64,000 nt of DNA, taken from positions 434,001-498,000 of the forward strand of contig JAKMXF010000365.1 of assembly GCA_024704765.1 (NCBI GenBank). The letters are read 5' to 3'. A model generated the notes under the pieces. It had not been told where the DNA came from, searched no databases, and was given only the letters and a program-made list of their open reading frames with translations. Made by a program: the position numbers and the translations under genes. The stretch is from Oopsacas minuta. Taxonomy: Eukaryota; Animalia; Porifera. Positions 61,263-64,000 of the stretch are shown here, piece after piece (the first letter of the stretch is position 1; the number at the start of each line of letters is the position of its first letter).

Positions 61263-62291
61263 TTACTCAGGTTGGAGCAAGGGCTTTGTGTTGGGGTTTT
61301 GAGAATTTCTTATCAAACAACGACAAAGTCTGTAATAAATATTCTCGCATGTAGAAGCACAAAAATATTGCATTGTAAAGAATAGATAGAAGAGAGCGAG
61401 TATCGTTATGGGAATTTTGACAAGATTATTAATTACGTGAATTATTACGAATGGAATTAAATATATTCGAAAAGGATAAACAAATATCATATTTTCTTGC
61501 CAATTTGGGTTTGTTGTCGAATACTCCAAATAGTACTGTAAGACCCCAGTAGGGAATCCTAGGATTAAGAAGCTGCTGCAAGCAATGAATACTGCTTTAA
61601 ACAGTCTGAATCTTCTTCGCATTCTTTTGATTGCTAGCACACGTCCTTCACTACCAAACTCTAGAGCTAGGTCTTGTTGCTTCCAACCAATAACTTTGTC
61701 TAACATTCTTCCATTTATGATAAACATAACTATTTCTCCAATGAATAGGAGAATAATTAACAGTGTAGAGAATACTATTAAGTAAAATATTGCGGGTAGA
61801 AAAATAGTGAATGCAAGTTTTAAAATGAATTTGATGAGTGAGTTTCTATCCTGTCTAGAATCTGGTTTATAAGTATACACACGTATTAGATATGAAGTGA
61901 GGATATTCAAGAGACAGAAAGTCAAATATGTAGATGTTATGCTATAGTAGAATAGAAATAAAGTGTATTCTATCGGAGGTAGGACGCTAACAAATGCGAG
62001 AATAGCTGCTGTTACCTCGAAAAAACATATCAGTATAAGAATTACATGTTTTACTAATCGTGATTTCAGATCTTTAAGAATAGCTTCTGTTTCGAAGTCT
62101 CTGACGTCCGCCAATGCTCTCCTATATCTCCTCTTAATTATCATCAATTCATACAAAAGGTACATAATCCAAAACCCAGATACGAATATACTTATTCCTA
62201 CCACTATCCCACCATACATATTAATTATTTCGCTGAACGTTTCTATGCGAGGTAACCATTTCATTATTATAGAATTGTCAAAGGAATTCAT
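61263..62291 (-). CDS. Orphan multi-pass (about 7 TM) membrane protein, paralogue B
   Basis: 342-aa intronless ORF, tandem paralogue of 59471-60514. Confidence 0.75.
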   Translation of the reverse strand: MNSFDNSIIMKWLPRIETFSEIINMYGGIVVGISIFVSGFWIMYLLYELMIIKRRYRRALADVRDFETEAILKDLKSRLVKHVILILICFFEVTAAILAFVSVLPPIEYTLFLFYYSITSTYLTFCLLNILTSYLIRVYTYKPDSRQDRNSLIKFILKLAFTIFLPAIFYLIVFSTLLIILLFIGEIVMFIINGRMLDKVIGWKQQDLALEFGSEGRVLAIKRMRRRFRLFKAVFIACSSFLILGFPTGVLQYYLEYSTTNPNWQENMIFVYPFRIYLIPFVIIHVINNLVKIPITILALFYLFFTMQYFCASTCENIYYRLCRCLIRNSQNPNTKPLLQPE

Positions 62292-62719
62292 GTTAGATGC
62301 TTTGAAAAATCTATAATTTATTTATCTTATATTGTCTGCTCAATATTTTCTTTTATAGCCTACAATAGCTAGGGTAATAGTTTAGGAAAAAGGAGTTTCA
62401 GACCTAACACTAAATTGATACTTAGAAGATTGAAAGATATTATAATGAAAGAATTCACTATCAAGAACTTTCTTCTTTCAGTATATCAGACATCTGATTT
62501 GTTATATTAATTATAGTACAGAATTGATGAATCATAATTATCTTACAAATATTTTCGATATTACAAATTTGGATTTTGTTGCATATTTTGCTAATAATAC
62601 AATTATTTCAATCAAAATTATAAAAATCCTTCTCAAGTTCCAGGATATATATTAGTGATAATTAGATATTGCGTGTGCATACACATTTCTATTTCTCAGT
62701 GATTTTTAACGAACAGCTG

Positions 62720-63005
62720 AGAGGAAATTCAGCATACTCGATTACCCCAGTATAGTTGTTGAAAGCATGTTTCTACCGCAGTTTTGAAATTTGTTTACTA
62801 TATTCATAAAAACAATAATTTTCATATGAGAATCTTGTAAATGCGAAATTCGGTTTCAGCGTACTTAGTTACCCTTGGGTAGCCGTTTAGAACCTGTACA
62901 TATATTCTTTGGCTAATTTTCTTACTTTTTATTCATAAAAGCAACAATAAATTTACATATGATTAACCTAAAAGTGTGAAAATCGGATTCAGCATGTTCG
63001 ATATA
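62720..63005. repeat. Degenerate tandem repeat with a period of about 130 bp
   Basis: TTCAGC-centred motifs near 62728, 62856 and 62988, and TATTCATAAAA..CAATAA..T.CATATGA near 62800 and 62930. Confidence 0.45.
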
Positions 63006-63212
63006 TTTGGTGAAGTTTTATTGAATTCTATTTGCTTCCTTGATAATCACGATAAATACATAGTTATGCGGCGATTTCAATATTGCATACCGTAAATGCT
63101 TTCGTTGACAACGGACAACAAACAAACAAACACACAACAATCGAGATTTAATAATATAGATTAATAAATACAAACAAATAAATTTAGATTCACTTTATGA
63201 TTCAAATATCAA

Positions 63213-64000
63213 TTATTCAAACTGTACTCCTACAAGTATAACACATATAGGACATCTATATCCATTGTCTGCCATGAGATTAGCCCTAATACAATAGTAA
63301 CAAAAGCAGTGGTTACATGCAGCTCTCTGTGGGTGTGTGGGTTTAAATCCACAAGCTGGACACACATTAGGATCTTTGTAATCTGTAGCTGATCTACCAC
63401 TTAATCTCTTATTAATAGATAGCTTAGATATAAACGCTGGTGAAATAATTGGGAGTGCAAAGACGATTAATTCTGAGAAAGTATTCCATAATAGCTCTCT
63501 ATTGAATGTATCGTATAGGATCTGTTGAGCAGACGTTGGATGGTTAATAAAACTGAATTTGTAACCTAAGATAGAATCCATTAGAGAAGGTATTCTGCCT
63601 TTTAGTAGAAACAAAATAAAATTTGATAACTTAGCAGTGTACAGGATTGCTGTTAAAACTCGCTGAAAGTTATATAAGCTTCTATTAGATAGACTGAATG
63701 TTTCCCGTATACTTCCTATGATATCATGCTCCCTCTCCTCTACCCACCCCATTCCTGTAACTAGAAGAGTATAGAACCATCTGGTCCTAAGAGAAAGAGG
63801 GAGTGAATCTCTCCCACACAACACTAGGTTGAGGTATTGTTGGCCGAATGTACTGCCATTGTTAGGAGAAAGGAGAGAAAATTTTAGAAGTAGAAATTGT
63901 AGGATAGCGTGTAGTTCAGGTCTCACTCTAGAATGTAGACCAGGAATGAATGAATGGAATATGCCATTCACTTGCTCTTTGAAAATTATTAGTAGTTGTG
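63213..64000 (-). CDS. PEX2: Peroxin-2 (Pex2/Pex12 domain + RING finger); 5' end runs off the window
   Basis: The frame stays open upstream of the track start (QLLIIFKEQVNGIFHSF). Motifs GSTFGQ, FNRELLWNTFSELIVFALP and C3HC4 RING CPAC...CNHCFCYYC...CPIC. Confidence 0.88.
   Translation of the reverse strand, partial: QLLIIFKEQVNGIFHSFIPGLHSRVRPELHAILQFLLLKFSLLSPNNGSTFGQQYLNLVLCGRDSLPLSLRTRWFYTLLVTGMGWVEEREHDIIGSIRETFSLSNRSLYNFQRVLTAILYTAKLSNFILFLLKGRIPSLMDSILGYKFSFINHPTSAQQILYDTFNRELLWNTFSELIVFALPIISPAFISKLSINKRLSGRSATDYKDPNVCPACGFKPTHPQRAACNHCFCYYCIRANLMADNGYRCPICVILVGVQFE

Overview
Eukaryotic (animal) genomic DNA. It is AT-rich and gene-dense, with GT-AG introns mostly about 50-60 bp long. 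No prokaryotic features, CRISPR arrays or recognisable RNA genes were seen. A hedgling gene plus this compaction suggests an early-branching animal, most likely a sponge (glass-sponge-like); this is inference. The ORF track fragments most genes and uses alternative starts, so genes were rebuilt by hand from splice sites. In order: kazrin/liprin-gamma (runs off the left edge, missing from the track); STARD3/MLN64-like, with GTPBP10 nested antisense in one intron; a protein carrying only a USPL1-like N-terminal Cys domain; a 6-exon, 3899-aa beta-heavy spectrin with an unknown 220-aa gene nested antisense; a giant hedgling (Hedge, VWA, about 41 cadherin repeats, 2 Ig, EGFs, TM, SH2); LRRFIP-like, whose 4.3-kb intron holds two same-strand double-saposin genes; HGS; a TBC RabGAP; an LRR-cbEGF receptor; two tandem orphan 7TM-like genes; PEX2 (runs off the right edge). 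Several pogo/Tigger-like MITEs are present. The most notable points are the metal-ligand-less Hedge domain with a juxtamembrane furin-type site, the nested charge-paired saposins, and the mosaic identity of the 7TM pair.
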